From Takakia lepidozioides (Eukaryota; Plantae; Bryophyta), in the NCBI GenBank assembly GCA_030704615.1, contig CM060733.1, forward strand, positions 51,708,001 to 51,772,000: DNA of 64,000 nucleotides. The letters run 5' to 3'. Positions 37,201 to 50,883 of the stretch are shown here, one piece after another; the stretch's first letter is position 1, and each line of letters begins with the position of its first letter. Made by a program: the position numbers and the translations under genes. A model generated the notes under the pieces. The model searched no databases and was not told the origin of the DNA. It saw nothing but the letters and a program-made list of their open reading frames with translations.

Positions 37201-40200
37201 TGCCCTATGCACTTCATTTCTTTCAGTGTGTCTTTATGTTGCTTTCATATACATGGCCTTTGTACTACTTTTGTGCGCTAATCCCAGTCTCATCAGATGG
37301 AACTGTGCAGCTTGCAGCTGTGTAATGTATTGGTTGCTTTTGGCTTCTTATTTACTATATTGCGGTTCCAGCCTTAAATTTCCTCCGAGGGAAGGTTCAG
37401 GTTCCAGGCCCTTTCCATGCACTCAAGTGCAGGAGCGCCATGACAGAGCCAAACAGCGTGGGAAGGCCTGAGAGCCTGAGCCTTGCCTCACATGGTGCCA
37501 AGTGTGAATGATAATTCGACAGCCATCTGCAACTGTTCACATGAACCTTCTGATTGGGAGGTCCATGTGCTACTTGCCAATCAGTCATTGGTGAAATGGT
37601 GTTGGGGTGCTATTCAGAGAACAATTATGCCAGAGGAGGTGGCACTAATATACAAAGAGAAAATGAGCACTTGGGATTACGGATAGTTGCACACTGAATT
37701 GATGTTGGAGTTCTTAAACACTTAAAACGGCCAACCAGAAGTGCAAACAAGGTTGATCAAGAACCCTAACTTCACAAGTGTGTAACGCTACTGAACAATC
37801 TTGACTGTTGCAGGAGATAAGAGAGAAAGAAGGCATCCCAGATTTGCGCAGAGGAGCTAGATCAAGGTCCGCGGTTGTGGAGGTTGTTGAGGTGTGCACC
37901 AGAGTCTCCCCTTCACTTTTTATCTACTCCCTGAAACCTGGCGTTGGGTCTACGGCCATAAGGCTATGGCAAGCAAAGACTAATTTTTAGATACTGTAAG
38001 TCTGTCTCATTTTTCTGTTTTCTCATGTAGTTCTTCTACTGTCTTCCGATAGGACCACTCGACCTCCTGTAGGTTATTGCTACCTGTACCCTCCTATATT
38101 GTCTACGTGTTTCCTCACTATGTCAGTGTTCGTGCTCCATACAGACATCTCCATATCCATCAGCTGTGTAGCAGATATGGGCAAACTTCTGTAAAACCCT
38201 GGCCTTATGATGAAAATCTAAGACCCCTCGGGGTGTCTCTGAATTGTTTTGTCATGTTTGGTCCTACAAGCAAGGAAGGTTACCGGGAAACCACTTAGCA
38301 GCATCAGATTTCTTGTCCATGTAACTCTGTAGCTGGAGCATTAAGAGGGACGGTCTCTTGGCTCCTAAGGAAACAAATGTGGGTGCTTTGGGTATCACTA
38401 GCTGAAATGGCAGAGCAATGTAGGTTTCTTCATATGGAACTGACGATGGCAGTGTACACAGGTCGAAGGTTCCTTGAAAAGCAAGTTAAAGAATGCCAAG
38501 GAAATTGACAACATCCTCACGGCTGCCATCATTCGCAACCTGAAAAATGTCAAAGTGGGTCTTGTCTCCATACACAGTTCTGTTCATTAGACTAAACTTC
38601 TTTCTGTTTCCTTTCGGTTCCCAAGGGATAGCTCTAGCTGGAGGCAGTTCTATTAGAATTTTTTTTGAATCTAGTGATTCTCCGTGTCCATGTTTGCAAG
38701 AGATGGTCAGTGGGTCAGCTGCTTTAGGTTTGCCATCAGATTGGCAACGGTCACCACTGCACCTGCTTTCTCCAATACATGACATGTTGTGTCCTTGTCT
38801 GGGGCTGGTTTTTCCTGCTTTCAATGTGATTGAGGTCTAAAGGGTTTCAACTATCTTCCATAAAGCTGAAGAAAAACAAAGGCCTACTTGCTATGGATCT
38901 AATGTTGACTGACATCAAAGTAAGAGTGCTGATGCTAAGATTGTGGTGGGTTCTATGCAGCCCAGTACGAAGGTGATTGTTATGGATGCTGATGGCAGCA
39001 GATCAAAAGAGGTGGCTCGCGCTCTACGTAGGTTTGGACTAAAGGTACAGCTAATTTCTGAAGCATCTTCATGTGAACAGCTGTTGTGTATGGAGGGAAT
39101 GAGTTGTGGACTTTATGGTTCCAGTTTCCAATGTGAGGACACTGAAATCTTATGGGAGACAGCCAAGCTGGAGGGCTAGTCTGCAACTATGCACTCAACT
39201 CTTCGTGCTTTGAAAAAGAGGGTTAGGTGTCTGGAAAGGCCATAGCGCTGTTCCAAACAAATAATTCAGGCTCTACGTGTAAGATTGACAGTGGATGGTC
39301 ATTTGGATGTGCATCAGAGGGGATACCGAGTTGAGGGGGGATTCCGAGCTTGGACAGCAGCAGGTTTACGAATCAAAATTGAAGGCCTAGACACTCCCAT
39401 CTCTATTTTGAAGGAGGTATAGTCGTAGTTGCTTGAACAATTTGCTTTGGAAAGCATAAATAGGGCTTCTCACCTCGCTTAAAAAATAGCTGTGACTTCT
39501 TGGGCTAAGGAAAGCACAGCTGGTATTTGTAGTGTAAAGAGAGGGCAATGAGGTAGAAGTCAGATGTAACAATGGATATGTCATCTTTCATGCTTTGGTC
39601 AGGTCTAGTCTCTTCTTTTGCTTAACTCCAACTGTTTTATCACCTGTTCAGGACACAGCAGATATTGTGGAGGAGGTACAACCAACAGCAGTTGGAGTCG
39701 TATCAGTGGCCTTAGTATGTGAAACCTCCCCAGAGCTCCTTGTTGTTCTCTCCCCTCAGCTAGGTCTTCTGTGTGCTTGCTTTTTGGTGCTGCCGTGACC
39801 ATTCCCGAAGGCTGTATTCTGGAATTTGTTAAGAGTATTTATGAAGACCTGAAACTTGTGACCCTTGCAGTGCATGGAGCTGGTAAATTATTGTGATCAT
39901 CATGGGGTCACTCTTATGTGTAGGAATGTCTCTATATCTTTGTCTGTTGTGAATTCTTGTGACTGCTATTGTCTGACTCCATGTTGGATCTGTCGGGCAA
40001 GGCTGATTGACTCGCCTCTGTGGATGTGGACAGGGCATAGTAGCGGCCATTTACGCACTGATTGGTATATATCTGTCTTGCTATACCACTAGCACTGTTG
40101 TTAGTAAACTCTATCATTGATGGATAATATGGGCAGTGCTAGGAGTGTTGGTGGTATGGTGTAGGCGCGGCTTTCTTCTACAGTTGAGGTTTGGTTCATG

Positions 40201-41595
40201 TTTATTTGGATTAGTCCCATTATATTGTTTGTAGACATAAGACGATCCTGGAAGGTGGCATTTGGGAATCTTGTTTGGAAATTTCGTGTGGCGTATGAGT
40301 AGTAATGTAGTTGGACCTCAAGGTCTGCAAGTGGCAGTGATCGTCTCGGGTGGATCTTATGTTGGGACATTTTACTCACCACAAGGTATTTTGGATGCAG
40401 AATGGGAGAAGGCCCTCCAGCTATTGGGAGTGATTGGCATAGGGCAGGTGTGCTACAACTCTTTGCCCCTCAACCGTCTTCTGGATCTCAGCTTGCCTTG
40501 TCACTTTCATGGGTGGTGTTTGCGCATCCAGCAAACTAGTTTCTGGTTGGATTGTGTTTGGTAAATACTTTGTTCAATCTGTAGGATTCCACCGGTTCCC
40601 AACTCGGGAATGTTTTGGTCTCAAATATCACCATCTGCATCACTACTGTCTCTTGATAAAAGAGCAAGTGTCTGTATCTTTGTACCAGCGTCCGGGAAAT
40701 AATTTCAGTTGAACCAGCCAATGGCCCCTCATTCTGAGAACCAACCGGCTAAGTGGGTTGGGGAGTCGGTTGCTTCCCCTTAATGGTAACTGCAATAGTC
40801 AATTTCCTATGTGAACATACTCGGTAAATTTCCGAAGGTTTCAATTTTCACTCGGAAATCCTCGAAATCAGTTGGCTAGCATGTAACTAGCTGCCGGTTC
40901 TCCCCGTTGGTTGCTTTGTACAGTCAAAGTGTGGGTTTCAGGGCACACACGTAGAACACCATGTCTGGCAAACTGTTTACAAGTTTTGGTGGTTACAGGT
41001 GGTCTACTCGAGAGTTGGTGCATACGAAAGTATGGAGGACGTAAAGGCCGACATACAGTATTGCCCTTCTTCCCTTATCTCCATCTCTTTATATTCTGGA
41101 TTTCCCTTTACAGTAAAGAGCCACATTTTTACAGCAAGAGGTGGTTTTGATGGGTTATAAGTAGGTCTATATACACTCAATATTAATGCATACATGTGAA
41201 AGCTGTAGATGTCTTGCAGGTAGGATCCATCACTTTGATATTAGTTTACAGTTACAGTTGGAGGAGTCACCTGCTCAATGCCAGATGGTTTCCGGCATAA
41301 TAAGGCTCCTCTCCCCTCCCCTCCATTCCTCCTAAATTTGTGCAGGTTGTTGCAAAGGCCATTCATGTTAGTGGTGGAAGGCATCTTATGGATCTCGGGG
41401 CAAGTGAAACCCGACAAGTTGCAGCTTGCTACTTCTCCATCTACATCTGCTGTGCAAGACCGCGTGTTTCAAGCAGCTGCCAAGCACGGACCCCTTGCAT
41501 CTGAGGTTAATGAGGCTGAGAATATTGTAACAGATGAAAGTGGTGCCACTGATGTGAGCTCCGCAGATTTCTCACCCCCTGCGGAAACAAAGTGA
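34291..41595 (+). CDS. Chloroplast rhodanese-domain protein, calcium-sensing-receptor (CAS)-like family, multi-exon; start tentative
   Basis: Exons encode YGGYSGDL..VLVDVRP / REKEGIPDLRRGAR / AAIIRNLK / KVIVMDADGSRSK / GYRVEGGFRAW / EWEKALQ / TSPSTSAVQDRVFQAAAKH, with a long transit-like N-terminus. Confidence 0.85.
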
Positions 41596-42967
41596 GATGT
41601 ACAATTCGTTGAACGTGATTTTGGGCATCAAACTTCTGTATCCAGTGGAGGCATGGTTCAGGTTTGTTTCCCTTGTGTGGGTGGGGTTCAAGATCTTACA
41701 TAGCTACTGAAACCGACATTTTCCGCTGTTGGATTGAGATGGGATTATGGGGGTTAAATGCTACAGGTTTTGGCTTTCAAAAGTGCCGCCATTAGCAGAA
41801 GCATTGTGTATTTGTAGAGAGTGCAATTAAGACAATGTGTTGTCAGGTTGCAATGACATCCAATTTCTTGATGATAGGTTGAATTGCTCCCCATGTTGTG
41901 AGGCGCCAATGTACCAATTTGTAATCTTTGTAACTGTTGACTGCCGGCTCCTGGTGTCTTCTTAATTTCCAACTATGGTTGTTCTACAGAGAGAGTCTGG
42001 TACTGCTAGAGAGTTTGCACCGGAAGGATTCTAATAGTGGCGCTCGTCAAACAATCAGCCGTGTTTTTTTTTCTGAGGCTGAAATCACACACCATCAGGG
42101 TCACTGCTACAGGTGAAACTGTTTATATTCTCCTCTTGCTTGCCTTCTCATTCCCTGCTAGCAACCCACTAAAGGCCTCTCCTAGGCAAGCCTAGCTGGA
42201 AATGCATGATGTGGATCTCCATCCCCAAAGAGTGACGTTCCACCCCTACTTTCAATGGACCTTCAAGGATTCAGTACTGCAACATACTTTTTGTTTGAAG
42301 TCCATCAACATACACTAAAGTACAAAGCAGAAAGCGCAGGAAGCTCAAATGATAGCATGCACACACTGAATCAACAAGACCAGCAGCAGTATATAAATAC
42401 CCATGGTAAGTATGCACCGAACGTTCACAGTACCTGCGCCAGGCAGCAGCCACCACCTCGAGCTCCCATTGCTTGCTTGAGCTTGTGTCTGCCAAGAGCA
42501 CAGGACGAATCAAAAGAGGAAGGCAAGGCAGAGCGATAGTAGGACCATTTTGTAGCTCTTTTACCGTTTGAAAGATGCACGAGAAGCAGCTACGTGCCCA
42601 GATGTGACCGCACAGAGGAGACAGTAAACCAAATAACTAGGCTGGATTTGTTTCTATTCAAGGGATGGCTATGCACGCGGCCGGTAGAGACAATTGTCAA
42701 AGCGCGAGTCGAGTTCGATTTCAAGAATAGATACGCGGGTGAGACGTTGTCCTGCGATATGGACGTGGGCCCAACAGACAATGTCAAGTGTGCAGTACAA
42801 GTATAGTACTAGGTCTAAAGCAGGACAGGTCTGGCTCGTCTTTGTGGGTTTTGGTGGTTGATGCCGCTCGGGGATTGCAGGCAAATATCAGAGGGGAGTA
42901 TTTCGCTTGTTAAGGTCCGTTTACAGATCAGATACTAGAGTTGGGCTTTTGATATCAGAAGTGAAGG

Positions 42968-45900
42968 ATGGACCTGCTTAGTGTGCATGCCATTGTGATG
43001 GATCAAATTGATGAGCAGCAGAGATTTCTGGAAGAAAGCCCCAACATTTCCTCAGAGAAAGAGACGTGTACGGTTGTGTCCGAGCCCACTGAGAAAGAGG
43101 TAGGTTTAGATGGGGGAATTTTGAGAGAAGCAGCTAATGATGAGACGGTCTCTGAGGAAGTGCCGGCTGACGGCGCAATTGGAGGAGGAACATCGGAGCT
43201 TGAGGTCAGTCCAGCACCTGGGTCCGATGAGGGCACGAAGCTTGTTGACATAATTCTTGCAGGCATGCCCGTTGCAAAATCCATAAAGGAAGGAGCTTCA
43301 GAGCTTCCGAGCAGCCTGGTGTTGGAATCGGGCGGTGAGGCGCGACTCCTTCACAATGGTAGTCTTTCCTCACAATTTTTAGAAGATAGAGGTCTAGTGG
43401 TAGTAGAGGGGGAGGACAGTGGGAGCGATGACGAAACAGACGATGTTGAAGCTACGGTAATGGAGGATAGCGAATCCACAGATTCTTCCAGCGAGGAAGA
43501 AGATGACGAAGAAGAAGTTTCTGCAAAAGTTGTGTCAGAGATGAAAGATCGAATCTTGGGCAGAGACATGCTGAAAGAGGCGGATGAAGGTAGCGATGAT
43601 GAAGACACCCTTGAAGGCCCCCCACGGACCATAAACGAGCTTGCGGTGTGTATATTTCAAAAGACAATTCAAGGTGGCTGATTTTTTGTCCAGGTTAGTG
43701 AGTTGTTTCATGGAGCTGGAGGGGTGAGGTACCCTAGGATTCAGATTGCCATTTCAGCAAGTCCAAAATTGGCAGTACCTTATGATTGGTCTTGGGGGCT
43801 TTTGCAGGTGTTGCCACCAGTACCCCAAATCGATGCTATTCTTGAGCCTCATCATGAGAGGCACTCCGTTGGAACCATTTTTTCAGTAAGTTGAACTGCT
43901 GCTTGACCTGTTGTCTACAAACAACTACTGGGAGACTGAAGTAACAACACCCTGTGAACAGCATGCACTAGGCTTCGTGCATACATGACTTTGAATCTTG
44001 AAAGATAAGTACAGATAGTAGAGTAAGAGGATGCTCTTTTTTTAGTCATGGACGTTTGAATTCTGCAGTGATCTTTAGGTTGGGATATACATACGGTGCC
44101 CCTTTGGTATTATGTTGATGCAGGTTCCATGGTTTTGTCGGTAGAACTGTATTCTTTACAACCATATTGATGTAGTTGACCTTGCAGGTGTTGGACCAGC
44201 AAGTCATTGTGGAAGGTTCACAACACCAGCAAGTACTGAATGAAGGTTCTATTCTGTGGCTAACGGAGCAGCGGGTGCCGCTAGGTCTCGTTGATGAAGT
44301 GTTTGGTCCTGTGAAAAAACCCTACTATGTGGTGCGGTACAATGAGGCAAGTGATGTCCCCAAGGATGCAGTCAAAGGGGCTGATGTGGGTTATGTGCCA
44401 GAATTTTGCAGCTTTGTGCTGAATCAGGCAGAACTCCGGAAGAAGGGTTATGATGCTTCCGGCCAGCATGATGAAGAAATTTCTGAGGCGGAGTTTGAAT
44501 TTTCTGACGATGAGAAAGAGGAGGAAGCCAAGAGGTTGAGGAAAGCAGCAAAACGGGTGTCTCAGGTGCAGGTCAACAATAGTGTCAATGGTGGAAGGAG
44601 GGGTGGACGTGGTGGGCGAGCAGGGGTTCAAGAGAGGAGGGGTGGGAGGGGTAGAGGCGGACACGGTAGAGGAAGAGACATCAGCAGTGAAGGACATTTT
44701 GTGGTAATTCCTTTTCTCAGCTTCATTTACTTTTGTTCAGCAACTTGGAAGAGATCTTTTGACTAGTGAAAATTTCTATGTTCAGATGAAGGTGTCTGTA
44801 GTAAGGTGGAGCTTAAGATGGTGGGGGAGCCCTGTGAAACTTGCATAGAATGTATGTGGGCCTGCTCCAGTGAGGAATTAAGTGATGATGTGTCTCTATC
44901 TCTCTATCTTTTGCTCTTTCAACAAAGAGTTAAATGCAAACACTCCTTAGGAAAAGGATGCAGGTTTGTGGAAGTTGGAGGAAAGCAGCCAATCTAGTTT
45001 ATGGTGGACTTAGTAGTCACAGTTGTGCTTGGTGCCTGCAGTCAGAAGTGGTGGACACAGCAGTGATGGGTGCAGCAGGCATGGGACTTCGAAGGTCCAA
45101 CCCTCAGGGAGCTCCACCATATCATGCAGATAAGGCGCCTGGTCGACAGTTTCAGCCACCACCAGACACCCAAAATTTTCACAACAATGCCCCACATCCT
45201 GCTGGTAATCCTCATGCTTATGAAGCAACAACACCACAGATGGGCTACAGTGTACGCCCATCCTTGCCATATCCGCGGCCTCCTCATGAGTTTATCCCTG
45301 GTGTGGGACCGCTGCAACAACACGCAACATCGCAGAGGCCTCCACCTTATCAGTGGGGACCTTCCAATGTAACGCCGGTCCACCATGGTCAGGGGCCTCA
45401 ATTGTACCAAGGGTTCCCAACCCCGTATGTAGGTAGTGATGGGTGGCATCCTCACCTACCAGCAGGTCATGAGACTGCAGTACACGTCCGAACAAGTGGA
45501 GGTTAGTCCTCTTACCTTCCATTAAAACTATGCATTTTGTCTCATGACCTTTGTCGTCAACCTGTTTTGACATCTGGCCAGAAACTTGCATGGACAATCC
45601 TGAGATTGGCCACAGAAAGAATGTACTCATGAGACGTTATTTTCTGTAGCCTTGTGGCCATAGACCCCTCAAGTCCAGTTTGGGTGGAACAAGAGGGAAC
45701 CCTCTAGAAAGCCCTTCACAGAATGTGAGCTGCCCGCAATTAGACCCCAACAGGGCCACGGCTTTAGGCTCAGCCTCAAGATTTTGAAAGTTGGTGTACA
45801 GAGGTGCAGGGACTATGTTCTTGATGGTCCTGAAGAGGGGCAATTGCTCTCTGATGTGTCAAAAAAATGGAGAGTCTTCAGACCGCCCGCACATTGGGCA

Positions 45901-48072
45901 TTGTTCCCTCTGCATCTGTTTATTGTTCAAAGGTAGAATCCTCACCCTGAGTTTAAATTCAGTCAGATCATCCTTAAGGTCCTCACCCATGTAGGAAGAA
46001 AGAGAATAGACAGCTTGTGATTACACTGAAAATGATTTCACATAGGAACACCTGGAGAGGTATAGCACATCACTATATGCACCATTACAGACCCTCATAG
46101 TTTTTCAGTCCTGGTCATGGCAGTATAAGGACACTATAGCTCATACCCCATGTCACAGTCCTGTCTTATTATAGTAAACCAGTCTCCACACTAACACTGT
46201 ATGAGCAAGTTAACCACCCAACCTAGAGTCCTCTACTTGCCACTTGCTAGGGAGTATTCACTAAGTCCATTTGGCTACTCTGTTCTCAGCCTTGCTCTTC
46301 AAGGACAGGCCTGTGTCTCCCCCTTGAGTCTCACACCAGGTCCTCCTAAAAACTACCCGAGATTTCCCCCCCTTGCTCTGAGAATACCCTTTGGTATTCA
46401 CTTGCTACCGTAAGGCCTAACCCTTGGCCTTTGCCATTCTGACCGTTCTCCTTCCTTGCTTAGTCATAAGTCTCTTCAGCTTCTAACGACTTTCTATTTC
46501 CAGCCTTGCTTAGCCACTAACCTAGGCCCACTAACCTAGTCTGTGACATTCTCCCAGCGTCCGTAAGTGCAAGCCCTTCATGCAGCAGAAAACTCTTTTA
46601 TCAGCCAAGGACGTAACCTCGCTCTTTTCTATTCGAGATTCGCCAAGGTCCATGCTCATTACTGTCAGCCTCCCCATTATGCACAATTTGCCAAGGTCCA
46701 CAATGCGGAGGTCATAACTTCCTGCAAGTCGCCTTGGCGTATCTTGGATAGATGACAGTGTAGGTTGCATCATCAGCTGATCAAAGAGTGTCTTGCTGCA
46801 TTTGGGGCTTCCACCTACGGACGCCACTTGGGAGTCTGAGCAAGCAGTAAAGAAGCAGTACCCAGGATTTGTCGTTGAACACAATGACCGATGTTGAAGG
46901 GGTAGAGAATGTCACAGTCCTATAGTAAACCAGTCTCCACACTAACACTGTATGAGCAAGTTAACCACCCAACCTAGAGTCCTCTACTTGCCACTTGCTG
47001 GGGAGTATTCACTAAGTCCATTTGGCTAGTCTGTTCTCTGCCGTGCTCTTCAAGGACGGGTCTGTGTCTACCCTTGAGTCTCACACCAGGTCCTCCTCAA
47101 TACTCGCCTTTCTCTGAGAATACCCTTTGGTATTCCCTTACTTGCTACCGGCCTAACCCTTGGCCTTTGCCATTCTGACCGTAGCCTTGGATCAAATGAG
47201 CTTCTTTGTACTTTAATTATTGCACTGGAGTAGGTAACCTAATCTCATTTGAACTTCACAACCTATTACTAGTGCGGTGGCCCTTTTAAGGTGAATGTTG
47301 AGTCCCCCGCTGGGGCGAGTGAGGCTGTGAAGAGGCTCGGAGGTAATTTAATCACTTGTTTGGAGGACCATTCCCACACTGTATTCTAGGCTGGAAATTC
47401 ATTCAAGTTAATGTGCGTGTTAGAGAGAGGGCTGTGTCACTAGGTACAGATTATCTGTGAAATTTAGGCTTCTCCTTGTAGGGTTTGTATTTGGAGCAAT
47501 GCTATGAGTATGAGGCCTGTGTATACTTTTATTGCCAAAGTCACATGGATATTGGTCCGAGTACATGCAGGGCAAAGCTATTGGGTTGCACGAAAAACAA
47601 TATTATGTGGCTGGTACATGTTAATAATGTAGCAGTGAAATTTGGTGCAGGTGGGTTTCAAGCTTCAGGGCAACCAAGTCCTGTTCCACAACATGCAGAA
47701 CATATTTATCAAACTGGAGTGGGCTTGGGACAACCAACTACTTTTGCTCATCCCCTAGTCAACATGTATGCCTCCACTAGCCTTGGTGTTCCTCAGTCCA
47801 TGGGGACTGGAGTTTTCATTCCCCCACCTCAATACAGTAGTAATGTGCAAGTCAATCCTTTGCAGGCGCCAGGTTTTCCAGGCTTGGAAGGTAGAGGCCC
47901 CATGGGGCAACAGTGGCCAGCTAACTCTCAAGGCATAGTTTCAGGGATTCCTTGCTATGTCAGTCCAGAGGGCTTCATTTCACAGCAAGGCACCATAGTC
48001 AATCAAGTGGTGGCCCCCCACCTTGGGCCAAGTGGTAATACTGTGTTCTGGAATAACAACAGTGGCAGGTAG
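42968..48072 (+). CDS. NAF1: H/ACA RNP assembly factor NAF1, multi-exon
   Basis: Acidic N-terminus; PPRTINEL; Gar1/Naf1 domain (EGSILW..LGLVDEVFGPVKKPYYVVR..KKGYDAS..DEE..EFSDDEKE); RGG region; Pro-rich tail. Exons about 42968-43645, 43808-43885, 44188-44703, 45042-45465, 47651-48072 (last exon less certain). Confidence 0.88.
46151..47182 (+). mobile_element. TRIM-like chromovirus derivative in the last NAF1 intron (LTR1 46151-46548, internal 46549-46909, truncated LTR2 from 46910)
   Basis: LTR TGTCACAG...CTGTGACA; PPT GAAGGGGTAGAGAA; internal chromodomain remnant ILDR*..GLPPTDATWESEQAVKKQYP. Confidence 0.8.
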
Positions 48073-48341
48073 TTGCTCCAGTTTCATGGCGATTTCGTGA
48101 TAACTCGGCGCGATGTGTACACAGGGAGAAGCAGAAAGCAGTTGTATTAGTTGGCACTCTGCGTTTGTTTGCAACTTGTGTCTTTGTTATGTTTTCCAGC
48201 TGAGACAAGTACAACAATCTCGTCTCTACCAATGTTTCAGGTTCGACTAGATTGATCCTTAGCATATCTGAAAAGTAGGAACACTTTACTATTTGCAAAG
48301 TCAACAGGCTTGAGTGGGAGCAAACATGCTATCCATTTCTC

Positions 48342-50519
48342 TACTCTGTTCTCAGCCTTGCTCTTCAAGGACAGGCCTGTGTCTCCCCCTTGAGTCTCAC
48401 ACCAGGTCCTCCTAAATACTCCCGGAGGATTCCCCCCCTTGCTCTGAGAATACCCTTTGGTATTCACTTACTACCGGAAGGCCTAACTCTTGGCCTTTGC
48501 CATTCCACCATCCCCAAGGCAAAACAAAAGTTGTATACATGCCTTTTATTTCCGTATGTCTCCTAAATTCAACAGCTTCTCATACCAAGGATTTTGTTCT
48601 TTTTACAATTATTGATAGTCATGTAATACTACTCAAGCCTGTTTTGAGCAAGCATTTCAAGGAAGACATGAGATCAAAATCTGAAGAACAAAGTCAGGGA
48701 TGTTCTTCAGGGAATACGGGACACCTGTTTTTAGTTTTTACATTATGTGGTCATTATATTCCGCAGGTGGAACACGACATCTGCCTCTTCCTTGCTTAGT
48801 CTCTTAGCTTCTAATGACTTTCTATTTCCAGCCTTGCTTAGCCGCTAACCTGGGCCCACTACATTCTCCCAGCATCCGCAAGTGCAAACCAGTGTTGGGC
48901 GGTTCTTGCATTTGTGAAGGAACCTTCGGTTCCGGTTCCAAAATTATTTCAAGAGACGGTTCCGGATCCGGTTCCGGTTTTTTTTTATTGAGCCGGTTCC
49001 GGATCCAACTTTTAAACATGGGGGCGGTTCCGGTTACCGGTTAGTTGCTGATAAAAACCATCGGTTCCGGTTAGGTTCCGGTTCTATTTAAAAAATATAT
49101 TTGTTTAATTTAATTAGATTTAAAATATTTTATCAGTCCGGTAGATTAAATAGCAGTGTATTCACATATTTGAACTAAAATCCAACGATTTTGTTAGTTT
49201 TCACTAACACAAAAAAACAAACAAAAATACTCTAAATAAACTGGTAGAAGAAAATGGGTAAAATTTTATGGGTTGAAAGTACTATTCAGCTACCTGGCAA
49301 GTATTGGCATCTTCAAACATTTTATTAATGAACTTAGCCAGGATATCATGGAGCTGGAGATTGAACCCAAGATCTCATGGCGCTGAAGCATTGAACATAG
49401 AATCTCATGGCCTTCAAGCATTGAACCCAGGATCTCAGGAGCTTAAGAGCATTAAAAAAGTTTTTCCCTGGGCCCACCAGCCCCACCAAGGGGTCAAGAA
49501 CCAAGAACCGGACTTAGAAGCGCTTTGGTAGGTACTAGAGACATTTAGGGCTACAGCCCACGGGTGGACCGGAACTGGAACCGGAACCGCTTTGGAGCTG
49601 GAACCGCCGGTTCCCACACATGTGGTCGTAGCTGGAACCGCCGGTTCCGGTTCCCACACAATCCCCAATGAGCGGTTCTGGTTCTGCACAGGCGGGTCCG
49701 GTTCCGGTCCGGTTCCACATAACCGGAACCGGAACCGGCGGTTACCCGGGGCCCAGGCGGGTAACCGCCCAACACTGGTGCAAACCCTTGCCATGCAGCA
49801 GACAACTCCTTTATCAGCCAAGGACGTAACCTCGCTCTTTTCTATTCGAGATTCGCCAAGGTCCATGCTCATTACTGTCAGCCTCCCCATTATGCACAAT
49901 TTGCCAAGGTCCTCAATGCGGAGGTCATAACTTCATGCAAGTCACCTTGGCGTATCTTGGATTATCTTGGATAGATGACAGTGTAAGTTGCATCATCAGC
50001 TGATCAAAGAGTGTCTTGCTGCATTTGGGGCTTCCACCTACGGACGCCACTTGGGAGTCTGAGCAAGCAGTAAAGAAGCAGTACCCAGGATTTGTCGTTG
50101 AACACAATGACCAATGTTGAAGGGGTAGAGAATGTCACAGTCCTGTCTTATTATAGTAAATCAGTCTCCACACACACTGTATGAGCAAGTTAAGTTAACC
50201 ACCCAACCTAGAGTCCTATACTCGCCACTTGCTAGGGAGTATTCCACTAAGTCCATTTGGCTAGTCTGTTCTCAGCCTTGCTCTTCAAGGACAGGCCTGT
50301 GTCTACCCTTGATTCACACCTGGTCCTCCTAAATAGTCTTCGAGGATCCCCCCCCTTGCTCTGAGAATACCCTTTGGTATTCCCTTACTTGCTACCGTAA
50401 AGCCTAACCCTTGGCCTTTGCCATTCTGACCGTTCCCCTTCCTTGCTTAGTGATAAGTCTCTTCAGCTTCTACTATGACTTCCTATTTCCAGCCTTGCTT
50501 AGCCCCACTAACCCAGACA
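48342..50519 (+). mobile_element. Second (duplicated) copy of the TRIM-like element, split by insertions; 3' LTR 50133-50519
   Basis: LTR pieces at 48342-48506 and about 48788-48862, same internal region and PPT, followed by CCCCA (50520-50524) matching the CCCCA before 46151. Confidence 0.8.
48890..49777. mobile_element. hAT-family MITE (888 bp), recent
   Basis: Perfect 15-bp TIR CAGTGTTGGGCGGTT, perfect 8-bp TSD GTGCAAAC (48882-48889 and 49778-49785), subterminal CCGGTT/GGAACC arrays. The empty site is visible in the paralog near 46567. Confidence 0.95.
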
Positions 50520-50883
50520 CCCCAATGACATTATAGTTGCTTAGAGATTCCTGACAACAAAACCAGATTTGTTAGACATATAACTGTACTGAAGAGGTGG
50601 GGTTAGGTGGGGGATTATGTCCATCAGAACTGTGGGTGCATTCTTTGGCAACCATTGACAGAGGGAGGGTAAGCTTCATGACTTTATAACTAACAAACAC
50701 CCAAACTGTCTCCACCCAGATCTGCTTCCATACCTCCGCTTTCAAATCTCCTTACTGGCAACTCCTTTCCATGTAGGTACAAGCTTATAGACCCTTCAAC
50801 CTTTCTCAAACTGAGAAAGAGGGCCTCTTATATGATGAGTACCCATTGTGATGCATCTTCCACTCTCGCCATCACACCACCCA

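Noticed and set aside
40700-40910. CCGGTT-rich intronic segment as a MITE
   Set aside because: No TIR pair or TSD could be defined.
49304-49930. ORFs inside the hAT MITE as a transposase
   Set aside because: They are low-complexity translations of the CCGGTT repeats with no DDE or BED motifs.
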